DNA of 64,000 nt from an uncultured delta proteobacterium (GTDB lineage: Bacteria > Desulfobacterota > Binatia > UBA9968): assembly GCA_963804165.1 (NCBI GenBank), contig CAWDPO010000017.1, forward strand, positions 32,001 to 96,000, read 5' to 3'. Made by a program: the position numbers and the translations under genes. The first letter of the stretch is position 1. Every line of letters starts with the position of its first letter. Positions 10,754-19,127 of the stretch are shown here, one piece after another. Under the pieces are notes generated by a model, which did no database searches, had not been told where the DNA came from, and saw only the letters and a list, made by a program, of their open reading frames with translations.

Positions 10754-10846
10754 GTCGTATTCCTCCTGTGCTGCCCGTTCAGGCATAACTCCGTCTGCTT
10801 CCCGTGTATGACCACTCACGATGTGCACGCACGCCGCCGCATGTCA

Positions 10847-11251
10847 TCACAATGGGTAGACACGCCGGTATTCCTGCACGGCGATTTTATCGACGTCGAG
10901 GTCCAAGGTCTCCAACGCGTTGAGCGGAATCCACACCACGGATTCTGCCTCCTGGGGGATGATCTCTCCCTCCCAGCGCGTCACGGCAAAATAGTGGAGC
11001 TTGCGGAATTCTTGCGACCGATGCAGGAGGGTACAGACGTAGGTGATCTCGATGGGGACGATCCCGACTTCCTCCTGCACTTCACGGTACAGCGCCTCTT
11101 CAGGACTCTCGCGTGACTCGATATGTCCTCCTGGAAAGGCGACTGCCCCAGGGACCACCCGTTTGGTGCGCTTACGCTTCTCCGCGAGGACCTGATCGTC
11201 TTGCATGAGCATAAAGGCAATACACTCAACCAGACAGATAGCATTCACCAT
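10847..11251 (-). CDS. NUDIX hydrolase
   Basis: Nudix box PGGHIESRESPEEALYREVQEEVG; starts just after the attC at 11277. Confidence 0.9.
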   Translation of the reverse strand: MVNAICLVECIAFMLMQDDQVLAEKRKRTKRVVPGAVAFPGGHIESRESPEEALYREVQEEVGIVPIEITYVCTLLHRSQEFRKLHYFAVTRWEGEIIPQEAESVVWIPLNALETLDLDVDKIAVQEYRRVYPL

Positions 11252-11276
11252 CCGAAAGACTCCGTATAGACGTGGC

Positions 11277-11360
11277 ACCTAACGCTATGCCGCTGAGCCG
11301 TCGTTAAGAAAGTGAATCCAAAATATCATACCTGATATCGGCTCCAGCGGCGAGTTAGCC
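11277..11360 (-). other. attC integron recombination site
   Basis: Minus strand reads GGCTAAC-tcgccgctggagccg...cggctcagcggcatagc-GTTAGGT, with complementary cores, L boxes and an extrahelical G; 84 bp. Confidence 0.75.
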
Positions 11361-11476
11361 GGTAAAAACCGCCCATCTAATCCTTTCTCTTTCTTATTTT
11401 TAGTTTCACTAAACTCACGAAAACCAAAAGGTCCAAAAGGCCTGACCAATTTTCTGCGCAATTTTCTGCCTGTGCC

Positions 11477-12301
11477 TCAGTCGCAGTTCTTAAGCTTAGA
11501 CTCCTGACAGCGCCGTGCCATCTCCTGCGCGGTTTCAATCTGCTCGGCTGTCATTTTTGCTGCAATTCTATCTCGCTTCTTTGTCGCCGTATCTCCGGAA
11601 TCGCGGCTCAATGCTGCAGCAGCGAGGTTAAACCACATAGACGCACGCACGAAGTCCTGCCGCACACCTCTCCCTTTGGTATACATCGCACCCAGATTGA
11701 CCTGGGCAAATTCGTTTCCCTGCGCTGCCGCCAGGCGATACCACTTCACGGCTTCCTGAAAATCCTGCGCCACCCCTTGCCCTTTTTCATACGCCACACC
11801 CAGACTGTACTCCCCCGGTGCGTATCCCTGCGCCGCCGCGAGGCGATACCACTTCACAGCCTGCTGATAATCCTGCCGCACGCCTTTTCCCTCAGCATAC
11901 ATCGACCCCAGCCTCGTCTGCGCCCATTCGTCGTCCTGCGCCGCTGCGAGGCCATACCACACAGTGGCTTCCTGAAAATCCTGCGGCACCCCTTGCCCTT
12001 TTTCATACGCCAGACCCAGACTATACTGCGCCGGGGTATTTCCCTGCGCTGCGGCGAGGCGATACCACTTTACAGCCTCCTGAAAATCCTGCGCCACGCC
12101 TTTCCCCTCTGCGTACATCAAACCCACCCTTCTCTGCGCCCAAGGGTGTCCCCGCTCGGCAAGCTGGCGAAAAAGTTTCATCGCCTGAACATAGTCGCCG
12201 CGCTCGTACACAGCGAGTGCGTCATCAAAAGGGTTTGATGCGGCAAAACTACTCGCACCGAGAAAATAAAGGATGGCGAGCAGAAGCAGGTTGGTTCTCA
12301 T
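11477..12301 (-). CDS. Exported Sel1-like repeat protein
   Basis: Signal peptide MRTNLLLLAILYFLGASSFA; five tandem 36-aa repeats of AQ..LG.MY..G.GV.QD..EAVKWYRLAAAQG. Confidence 0.9.
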   Translation of the reverse strand: MRTNLLLLAILYFLGASSFAASNPFDDALAVYERGDYVQAMKLFRQLAERGHPWAQRRVGLMYAEGKGVAQDFQEAVKWYRLAAAQGNTPAQYSLGLAYEKGQGVPQDFQEATVWYGLAAAQDDEWAQTRLGSMYAEGKGVRQDYQQAVKWYRLAAAQGYAPGEYSLGVAYEKGQGVAQDFQEAVKWYRLAAAQGNEFAQVNLGAMYTKGRGVRQDFVRASMWFNLAAAALSRDSGDTATKKRDRIAAKMTAEQIETAQEMARRCQESKLKNCD

Positions 12302-12325
12302 GGTGATTCCGATGCCGCTACGGGG

Positions 12326-12469
12326 GGCTGTTGAAAAAGGCCCATCTGCTTGTTGCGCTCGATCGCCTCGCTCCACCAACGTGTCAGTAAATACGCCTCG
12401 AGCCTGTCCTGAGCGAAGTCGAAGGATCGATTTCTCGCGCGCCTCGCATCGGGACGTTTTTGAACAGCC
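12326..12469. mobile_element. MITE-like element with GGCTGTTGAAAAA/TTTTTGAACAGCC terminal inverted repeats and a nested palindromic unit
   Basis: 13-bp imperfect terminal IRs. The internal unit agcctgtcctgagcgaagtcgaagg (12401-12425) is related to the repeat at 60843-60920. Confidence 0.65.
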
Positions 12470-12548
12470 TGGAATCAAATTTTTTACAGCCTGATGAATC
12501 GTGATATTCCTGATTTTCTGATCCAACCGCGAGTGATGTTGCATCACC

Positions 12549-13461
12549 CTACGGGTCCAATTGGAAGCGCCGCGAGGGAGGATATCCCGCCTCGAACTCC
12601 CATAGTTTCAGGCGCGGGACCGAAACGCCGCTGCAAACCTTCCGAATATTGATCAGCTCGGTGGGCCTTTTCCAGTCGCTCTTCGACTCGCAGGTGACTT
12701 GCGCGCAGGCGGTCTGCTTCAGCCAGGAGCACACTCTCAGTGGGCGGCCGGCGGCATCCTCCAGCTCGGTCACATACAAAATGCCGAGTTTGTCCTTGGC
12801 ATGCTCTAAATGCACGCCCGGCACCAGCGTGTAGAAGACGCCGCCAATCTCCAGCAACCTGAACACCCGCTCCACAAACCCGGACAAGTCTTCGGTATAG
12901 GAGAAACCGCCGAACACGTCGGTGATGATCTGGAATTTTCCAAGCTCTTCGGGCGAATACTGGCGCAGGCGCTTGCCGGAGAGATATCGCATACTGTCAT
13001 CGCCGAGCCTCGCAGCCTGCTCTCGCCACTTGTCCGTACGACGGTCCTCTATAGACATCGCGACCGCGCGCGCCTTGGCGCCAGACCGGCGGCATCTTTC
13101 AGCCGGCGGCGCGGCGTCTTCGGGTGCGTGGTAGTCCAGTATGGCCTGCCCGGCGCCCGCGCCGATATCCAGCCATCGGTCCGAGCTACCGAGCTTGCCG
13201 AGCACGTCGCAGAACCCGGAGGGAAGAAGCTCCGCGTAGTCCGAGAGCCCTCGGCCGGTGACGTAGCCGCGGGGAACATCGGCGCCCCGGCTCCGGTATA
13301 TTTTTTCCTGCCTGGTGAATTCCTCTTCGAGTCGCGGTTGAGCAGGTTCCTGTGACCAGCCAACTGCCAGCCCAAGCGCCTGCAGAACGATGACGATCAA
13401 GACGGCCAGGCCCGTTGCTGCGGATCTTCCTCGACGATTTGACTGAACCCATGACAATCAC
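12549..13461 (-). CDS. Exported class I methyltransferase-fold protein, copy A (one-base frameshift near 13424)
   Basis: WLDIGAGAGQAILDY and FQIITDVFGGFSY motifs; signal peptide ending GWSQEP. GTG start at 13461 by alignment with copy C. Confidence 0.75.
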
Positions 13462-13636
13462 TTCCTCCTCGCGTTGAAGAAAATCCCGTTGTCAATACCG
13501 TTTTCAAAGCTGTTCCAGGCATAATCTAGGCTGCCGGTCGCCGCAAGGCCGAAGGCCGAGGCGGTCAGTGCGCTGACGAAAGTGATTTGCGCGTCCCCCG
13601 TTGTCGTCCGGGTTGTCTTCGAACGCGCGCAGCGTC
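13458..13636 (-). pseudogene. Orphan 3' tail of the alpha/beta hydrolase at 15798..16775
   Basis: TLRAFEDNPDD...FVSALTASAFGLAATGSLDYAWNSFENGIDNGIFFNARRK*; stop overlaps the next start (GTGA). Confidence 0.85.
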
Positions 13637-13717
13637 GTTCGTCTTTTAATACGCAAACGTGGCGGCTGCGTCCACCCACAAATCGTCTTGGCCAAGCTAT
13701 GCGGCAGGTTTCATCGC

Positions 13718-14614
13718 CTAGGGCTCCAATTGGAATCGCCTGCCGGGAGGAGCCCCCGCCATGTACTCCACAAGGTTCGTGCGCGGAACCGCGACGTCGC
13801 TGCAAGCTTTGTGAATTTTTATCAACTGCGTGGGCTCGTCCCAGTCGCTCTTCGACTCGCAGGTGACTTTTGTGCACGTGGTCTGCTTCAGCCAGGAGCA
13901 CACGGTTATGGGACGGCTGGCTGCATTCACAAGCTCGGTCTTATACCAGGTACCGAGTTTATCCGTGCCATCCTCCAAGTGCACGGCTGGCAACACTGTG
14001 TAGAAGGCGCCGCCGATCTCCAGCAAGCCCAGTACCTTCTCGAGGAATCGGGATAAATTTTCCGTGTAAGTGAAGCCGCCGTACACGTCGGTGATAATCT
14101 GGAATTTTCCAAGCTCATCGCGTGAATGTTGGCTCAGACGTTTGCCGGCGAGATATCGCGTACGGTCGCCGAGGCTCCCGGCCTGCTGTTTCCACCTCTC
14201 TGTCCTGCGGTCCTCGATGGAGATCGCGACCACGCGCGCCTTGGGGCCGGATCCGCCGCACTTTTCAGGAGCCCCATCGCCTTGCGGTGCGTAGTAGTCG
14301 AGTATGGCCTGCCCCTCGCCCGCGCCGATATCCAGCCATCGGTCCGAGCTGCCGAGGCTTCCGAGCGCGTCGCAGAAGCCGGTGGGAAGAACCTCCGCGT
14401 AGTTCGACAGCCCTCGGTTCGCGGTGTAGCTCCCGGCACCCCGTCTGCGGTAGATTTTTTCCTGCTTGGTGAATTCCTCGTCGAGTCGCGGTTGAGCGGG
14501 TTCCTGTGACCAGCCAGCCCGCGTTTGTAGAAGGATGACGAATAGAACGGCCAAACGCATTCCACCGGTCTTCCAGCTTCTCACCGGCGATTTGACTGAA
14601 CGCAAGACAATCAC
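13718..14614 (-). CDS. Exported class I methyltransferase-fold protein, copy B
   Basis: WLDIGAGEGQAILDY; signal peptide ending AGWSQEP; same cysteine pattern as copies A and C. Confidence 0.8.
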   Translation of the reverse strand: MIVLRSVKSPVRSWKTGGMRLAVLFVILLQTRAGWSQEPAQPRLDEEFTKQEKIYRRRGAGSYTANRGLSNYAEVLPTGFCDALGSLGSSDRWLDIGAGEGQAILDYYAPQGDGAPEKCGGSGPKARVVAISIEDRRTERWKQQAGSLGDRTRYLAGKRLSQHSRDELGKFQIITDVYGGFTYTENLSRFLEKVLGLLEIGGAFYTVLPAVHLEDGTDKLGTWYKTELVNAASRPITVCSWLKQTTCTKVTCESKSDWDEPTQLIKIHKACSDVAVPRTNLVEYMAGAPPGRRFQLEP

Positions 14615-14805
14615 TTTCTCCTCGGGTTGAAAAAATTGCCGTTTTTGAAAGCGTTTTCGAAGCTGTTCAAAGCATAGTCTAGGCTGCCGGTGGCCACAAG
14701 CACAAAGGCGGAGGCGGTCAGTGCGCTGACGAGAGTGATTTGCGCGTCCTCGGCGTCGTCCGGGTTGTCTTCGAACGCGCGCAGCGTGCGCTCGTTCGGA
14801 TACTG
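14611..14805 (-). pseudogene. Second, more diverged orphan 3' tail of the alpha/beta hydrolase
   Basis: Open frame QYPNERTLRAFEDNPDDAEDAQITLVSALTASAFVLVATGSLDYALNSFENAFKNGNFFNPRRK* with the same GTGA overlap. Confidence 0.85.
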
Positions 14806-14889
14806 ATAAAGGTCAGACTTTTAGTTCCAGACTCTAGCTTTTTGTTTTGTTCATTCCGCACTGGCGCTTTGAATTCAACTCGACCACCC

Positions 14890-15801
14890 CTACTGCTCCA
14901 ATTGGAATCGCCGCCCGGGAGGATTTCCCGCCTCGTACTTCAATAGTTTCAAGCGCGGCAAAGAGACGTCGCTGCAAACCTTCCGAATATTGATGAGCTC
15001 GGTGGGCTCGCCCCAGTCGCTCTTCGACTCGCAAGTGATTTTCACGCAGGAAGCCTTCTTCAGCCAAGAGCACACTTTCACGTCGCGGCCGGCTGTATCC
15101 ATCAACTCGGTGAGATACCAGGTGGTGGGTTTGTCCTTGCCATCCTCTAAATGCACGCTTTGCACCACGGTGTAGAAGACGCCGCCGGTCTCCAGCAAGC
15201 TCAGCACCTTCTCCAGGAACTGGGACAAGTCTTCGGTGTAGGAAAAGCCGCCGTACACGTCAGTAATGATCTGGAATTTCCCAATCTCCCCGCCCGAGTA
15301 TTGCCGCAGGCGCTTGCCGGAGAGATATCGTATACGATCATTGCCGAGGCGCGCGGCCCGCTGTTGCCACTTGTCCGTCCGGCGGTCCTCGATGGACATC
15401 GCGACTGCCCACGCTCTGCCCCCCAACCCGGCGCACTTTTCAGCCGGGGTCGCGTCGTCTGCGGGTGTATAGTAGTCCAGTATCGCCTGCCCGTCGCCCG
15501 CTCCAACATCCAGCCATCGGTCCGAGCTGCCCAGGCTGCCGAGCGCGTCGCAGAAGCCGGAGGGAAGAAGTGCCGCGTAGTCCGAAAGCCCTCGGCCGGT
15601 GACGTAGCCACGGGGAACATCGGCGCCCCGGCTCCGGTATATTTTTTCCTGCCTGGTGAATTCCTCTTCGAGTCGCGGTTGAGCAGGTTCCTGTGACCAG
15701 CCAACTGCCAGCCCAAGCGCCTGCAGAACGATGACGATCAAGACGGCCAGGCCCGTTGCTGCGGTCTTCCTCGACGATTTGACTGAACCCATGACAATCA
15801 C
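14890..15801 (-). CDS. Exported class I methyltransferase-fold protein, copy C
   Basis: WLDVGAGDGQAILDY; signal peptide; translationally coupled to the hydrolase (GTGA at 15798-15801). Confidence 0.8.
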   Translation of the reverse strand: MIVMGSVKSSRKTAATGLAVLIVIVLQALGLAVGWSQEPAQPRLEEEFTRQEKIYRSRGADVPRGYVTGRGLSDYAALLPSGFCDALGSLGSSDRWLDVGAGDGQAILDYYTPADDATPAEKCAGLGGRAWAVAMSIEDRRTDKWQQRAARLGNDRIRYLSGKRLRQYSGGEIGKFQIITDVYGGFSYTEDLSQFLEKVLSLLETGGVFYTVVQSVHLEDGKDKPTTWYLTELMDTAGRDVKVCSWLKKASCVKITCESKSDWGEPTELINIRKVCSDVSLPRLKLLKYEAGNPPGRRFQLEQ

Positions 15802-16775
15802 TTCCTCCTCGCGTTGAAGAAAATCCCGTTGTCAATACCGTTTTCAAAGCTGTTCCAGGCATAATCTAGGCTGCCGGTCGCCGCAAGGCCGAAGGCCGAG
15901 GCGGTCAGCGCGCTGACGAACGCAATTTGCGCTTCCTCTGTGTCATCGGGGTTGTCTTCGAATGCGCGCAGCGTGTGCTCGTTCGGATACTGTGCATCCT
16001 GGTGGACGGTGTCCCGTATCGATATCTCTCCGACCGCGCCCGGAATAAACCGGTAAAATTGCCCGCGGTTGCGGGTGGGCCAGATGTCCTCGTCCGCACC
16101 GATCACCATTACCGGAACTGTGATTCGCTTCAGCAACTGCGGCAATTGCCGGCCGATCCCGGCGGGATCGAGTAGGACACCGCCCACCGCGGGGGCGCTT
16201 TCCCCCAACGCAACGGCGACGGCAGTCGCGCCGAATGAGTGGCCCGCGAGAATGATCCTGTCCGCGTCTATGCGATCGTCGACGAGCTGCGGCGTCCGAT
16301 GAATGGCGTCGACGAGTTTGGCGAGGGTTCTGCCGTTGGCAATCCACGGGCCGCGGTTGGGCAAGTCGATGGCAAGGCTATGCATGCCCCAGGAGGCCAA
16401 GTGCATCGCTTGAAAGGCATGGTCCTCCTTGGAATTGTCTTGACCGTGCAACACGACCACCAGCGGCGCCTTGCGGGCCGCCGGGCACAGATATAAGTTC
16501 GCTTCCACCGTGAGACCGGAAGGCAGGGGAATCTCCAGATCTCTGCGCTCGATGGTGGCAAAGGGCCCGCGCAACCTGAATTGCGCTACGTCGGGCTTGC
16601 CGGACAATAGATAGCGCTGGAGCTCGGCCGGGCTTGCGGCCTTTATCGGCGTGGCTTCGGTCGCCGGAAACCGGCGAGCACAGCCGGCCGAATACGCCGT
16701 GAGGGCGATCAGCAGAAGGGCTGGAATGCGAAAACCTGATCGGCTGATCGCGGATTCATTTCGTTCGTCCCGCAC
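15798..16775 (-). CDS. Lipoprotein alpha/beta hydrolase (lipase/chlorophyllase/PETase-like fold)
   Basis: Lipobox ALLLIALTAYSAGC; VVLHG; nucleophile elbow GHSFG; GADED; late His (VHQDAQ). GTG 16775 follows AGGAG. Confidence 0.8.
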   Translation of the reverse strand: MRDERNESAISRSGFRIPALLLIALTAYSAGCARRFPATEATPIKAASPAELQRYLLSGKPDVAQFRLRGPFATIERRDLEIPLPSGLTVEANLYLCPAARKAPLVVVLHGQDNSKEDHAFQAMHLASWGMHSLAIDLPNRGPWIANGRTLAKLVDAIHRTPQLVDDRIDADRIILAGHSFGATAVAVALGESAPAVGGVLLDPAGIGRQLPQLLKRITVPVMVIGADEDIWPTRNRGQFYRFIPGAVGEISIRDTVHQDAQYPNEHTLRAFEDNPDDTEEAQIAFVSALTASAFGLAATGSLDYAWNSFENGIDNGIFFNARRK

Positions 16776-16789
16776 AGGCACTCCTGAAT

Positions 16790-16960
16790 TCAACTCCACA
16801 ACTTCTTGCTCGCGATCGCCGCGCCGTCGCGCAGGGCGCGGCACTTGGCTTAGGCGATTTGTGGATGGACGCCGCCGCCCAGACTACCGTCGGTGCTGAT
16901 CATCAGCGTGTTTTCGCCCGTGGAGCTCTGGATGAGATATGGCACGTCGGTGGTGCTGGT
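16790..16960 (-). pseudogene. Degenerate 3' fragment of a MetE-like gene (paralog of 54500..55705)
   Basis: About 55 bp identical to 54496-54550, then increasing divergence including an in-frame stop. Confidence 0.8.
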
Positions 16961-17110
16961 CGGTAGGCGGGTGGCGGGCTACGGCTCTTTCGTCAGAACA
17001 CCTAGGCCGAAATTCAGCACACGTTAGAGAATTTCCACGCTGGTCGGTATTCCTATTAGCACGCTGAAGGGCGATTGCTACCGTCGGAACAACCGCCCCT
17101 CCCGTATCAT

Positions 17111-18796
17111 CTATGTAGTAACTACATCGATGATCGCCGGCTTGCCGCTTCGATTGGCTTCGAGGCCGCGCTTCAGCGCATCCTGGACCTTCTCCGGATC
17201 CGTCACCGTCTCGCCGTAACCGCCGACGGATTCGGCGACCTTCACGAAGTCGGGGGCGTTGATGTGGGTGCCGTGGTAGAGATCGATTTCCGCGGCGATC
17301 CCGTCCGGATACATTTTCTGGTGCATGCCCTGCATCGCGGCGTATTTCTTGTTGTTGAAGATTACCGCCATGATCGGCAGCTTGTAATCGCGCGCCGCGC
17401 CGAGGCTGCCGAGCGCCGGGTTGTACAGGAACGCGCCGTCACCGATCAAGGTCACGACCTGCCGTTCCGGCTTCCCCAGCTTGATCCCGAGCGAAAGACC
17501 TAATCCCTGTCCGAGACCGCCCTGGCGGGTGAACAGGCACTGCGGGTCGTTCCATACGAGGTGTTGCCGCAGGGTGGCCGTGTGCGTGGTGACCTCGTCG
17601 ATGTAGATCGTATCTTTGGGCATCACGGCGTTCAGTGACGCGCACAGCCACACCGGATCGATCGGTGTTTTCTTGCGCGCCGCCGCCTGCGCCGCATTCC
17701 TTTTCTCGACGAGCGCGTCGTGCGCCGCGGCGAGCTCCTTGCGTCGTGCTTCCACCGCTGCCTTATCGACCGTCGCCGCATTCGCCAGGTCGCGCAGCGT
17801 CTGCGCGGCATTGCCTTCCAGGTACATGTCGGCCTGATGGCTTTGGTAAACCATCGCCGAGTTGTGCGGCGCTTCGTCCACCATGGCGACCACGGCCTTG
17901 GGCGGGCGGTTGCTCGGCGGATACCAGGGCGCGCGTGCGCGGACGACGATCGCGAGGTCCATGTCGTTCCAGAACGGTTTGATGTCGGTTCCCTGGTAGA
18001 GCGGATGGTCCTTGGGGAAGTTGGCGAACAGAGCGCCGGGCTTCTCGACCAGCGGCAGAGCGAACTTCTCGCACAGCGCCACCAGGGCCTCGTAGGTCTC
18101 GACCTCCTGGCCGGCGCCCTCGGTGAGCACGACCGGGCGCTTCGCCTTGGAGAGCTGGGCGGCGAGTTTTTCGATATCTTCCGGCGCTGTCAGCACGCGC
18201 GGCGCCGGCGGAACCGTGCGCGGATTAGTGGGAGGCGTCCAGCCAGCCATCAGCGTTTCCGTCGAGACGGAGAGATAGGTCGGTCCGGTCGGTTGCCGCT
18301 GCGCCAGTTCGCCGGCGCGGATAATGCTTTCATAGAGCGTGTAGACGCTGCCCGCGACCGAGGAGTACTTGACGATCGAATCGACCAGGTTGGTCGTGCC
18401 GCTGACGATGCTCAAGTTGTTCATCCACTGGGCCCCCGGATCGAACTCCGGCTGCTCGCCGTAGGTCATCGACTCGCCGGAGATCACCACCATTGGGACC
18501 CCGGCGACAAAAGCGCCGTGCATCCCCATGGCACCCTGCAGCAGGCCGGCGCCCGCGTGCAGCAACACGGCCTGCATCCGCCCCGTGGCCAGCGTGTAGC
18601 CCGCCGCGATGTCGACGGCGAGTGTTTCGTGCCACACATCCAGGAGCTTGGGACCGTCCTTTTTCCAGTGGATCTGGTCGGCCATGGCTTCCCACACGGG
18701 CGCCCATTCGGTGCCTGGCGAGGACAAGATGTATTCGACTCCGAGCTTACGAAACGCTTCGACTAAGGCGCTGCCGCCGTCGAACTGATTTTTCAT
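17111..18796 (-). CDS. Thiamine pyrophosphate-dependent enzyme (acetolactate synthase/benzoylformate decarboxylase family)
   Basis: SPGTE, HETLAV, and the TPP-binding motif GDGAFLYN...FNN. Confidence 0.9.
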   Translation of the reverse strand: MKNQFDGGSALVEAFRKLGVEYILSSPGTEWAPVWEAMADQIHWKKDGPKLLDVWHETLAVDIAAGYTLATGRMQAVLLHAGAGLLQGAMGMHGAFVAGVPMVVISGESMTYGEQPEFDPGAQWMNNLSIVSGTTNLVDSIVKYSSVAGSVYTLYESIIRAGELAQRQPTGPTYLSVSTETLMAGWTPPTNPRTVPPAPRVLTAPEDIEKLAAQLSKAKRPVVLTEGAGQEVETYEALVALCEKFALPLVEKPGALFANFPKDHPLYQGTDIKPFWNDMDLAIVVRARAPWYPPSNRPPKAVVAMVDEAPHNSAMVYQSHQADMYLEGNAAQTLRDLANAATVDKAAVEARRKELAAAHDALVEKRNAAQAAARKKTPIDPVWLCASLNAVMPKDTIYIDEVTTHTATLRQHLVWNDPQCLFTRQGGLGQGLGLSLGIKLGKPERQVVTLIGDGAFLYNPALGSLGAARDYKLPIMAVIFNNKKYAAMQGMHQKMYPDGIAAEIDLYHGTHINAPDFVKVAESVGGYGETVTDPEKVQDALKRGLEANRSGKPAIIDVVTT

Positions 18797-19127
18797 GGTT
18801 GGTCTCCTCGAATGGTTTCTTGTCGGTGTATTATCTCATGCCTGAACGTGCAAGACCCCTGATAGCAATTCTGGAGCAGCGCGGTCGCGCAATCCTCGAT
18901 GGTCGAATCTTTACCTAGACATTGCTGCAAGCGCTGGAGCTAGGCCCGGAGCTCAGACTTTTGCTTCTCGGCAACGGAGTGTGTCTGTGCCGCTCGCCCT
19001 AGGCCGTCCGTCCGCGGCTTTTTTGTAGAAGCTGATGCATCTGAAGTTATGGCACCATTAAAGAAGGCCGATTAGAGAAATCGTGTTGCGACTCGGGCCA
19101 ACTCGGAGTAAAGCTCGGTCGTGATCT

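Noticed and set aside
11690-12180. Regular 108-bp repeats resembling a CRISPR or other DNA array
   Set aside because: They are in-frame Sel1-like protein repeats with no unique spacers and no cas genes.
12302-12547. N-terminal 82-aa extension of the Sel1 ORF given in the ORF track
   Set aside because: It is read-through across a MITE; the signal peptide starts at ATG 12301.
16776-16844. N-terminal extension of the hydrolase ORF
   Set aside because: It derives from the out-of-frame MetE-like tail; RBS and GTG at 16775 fit better.
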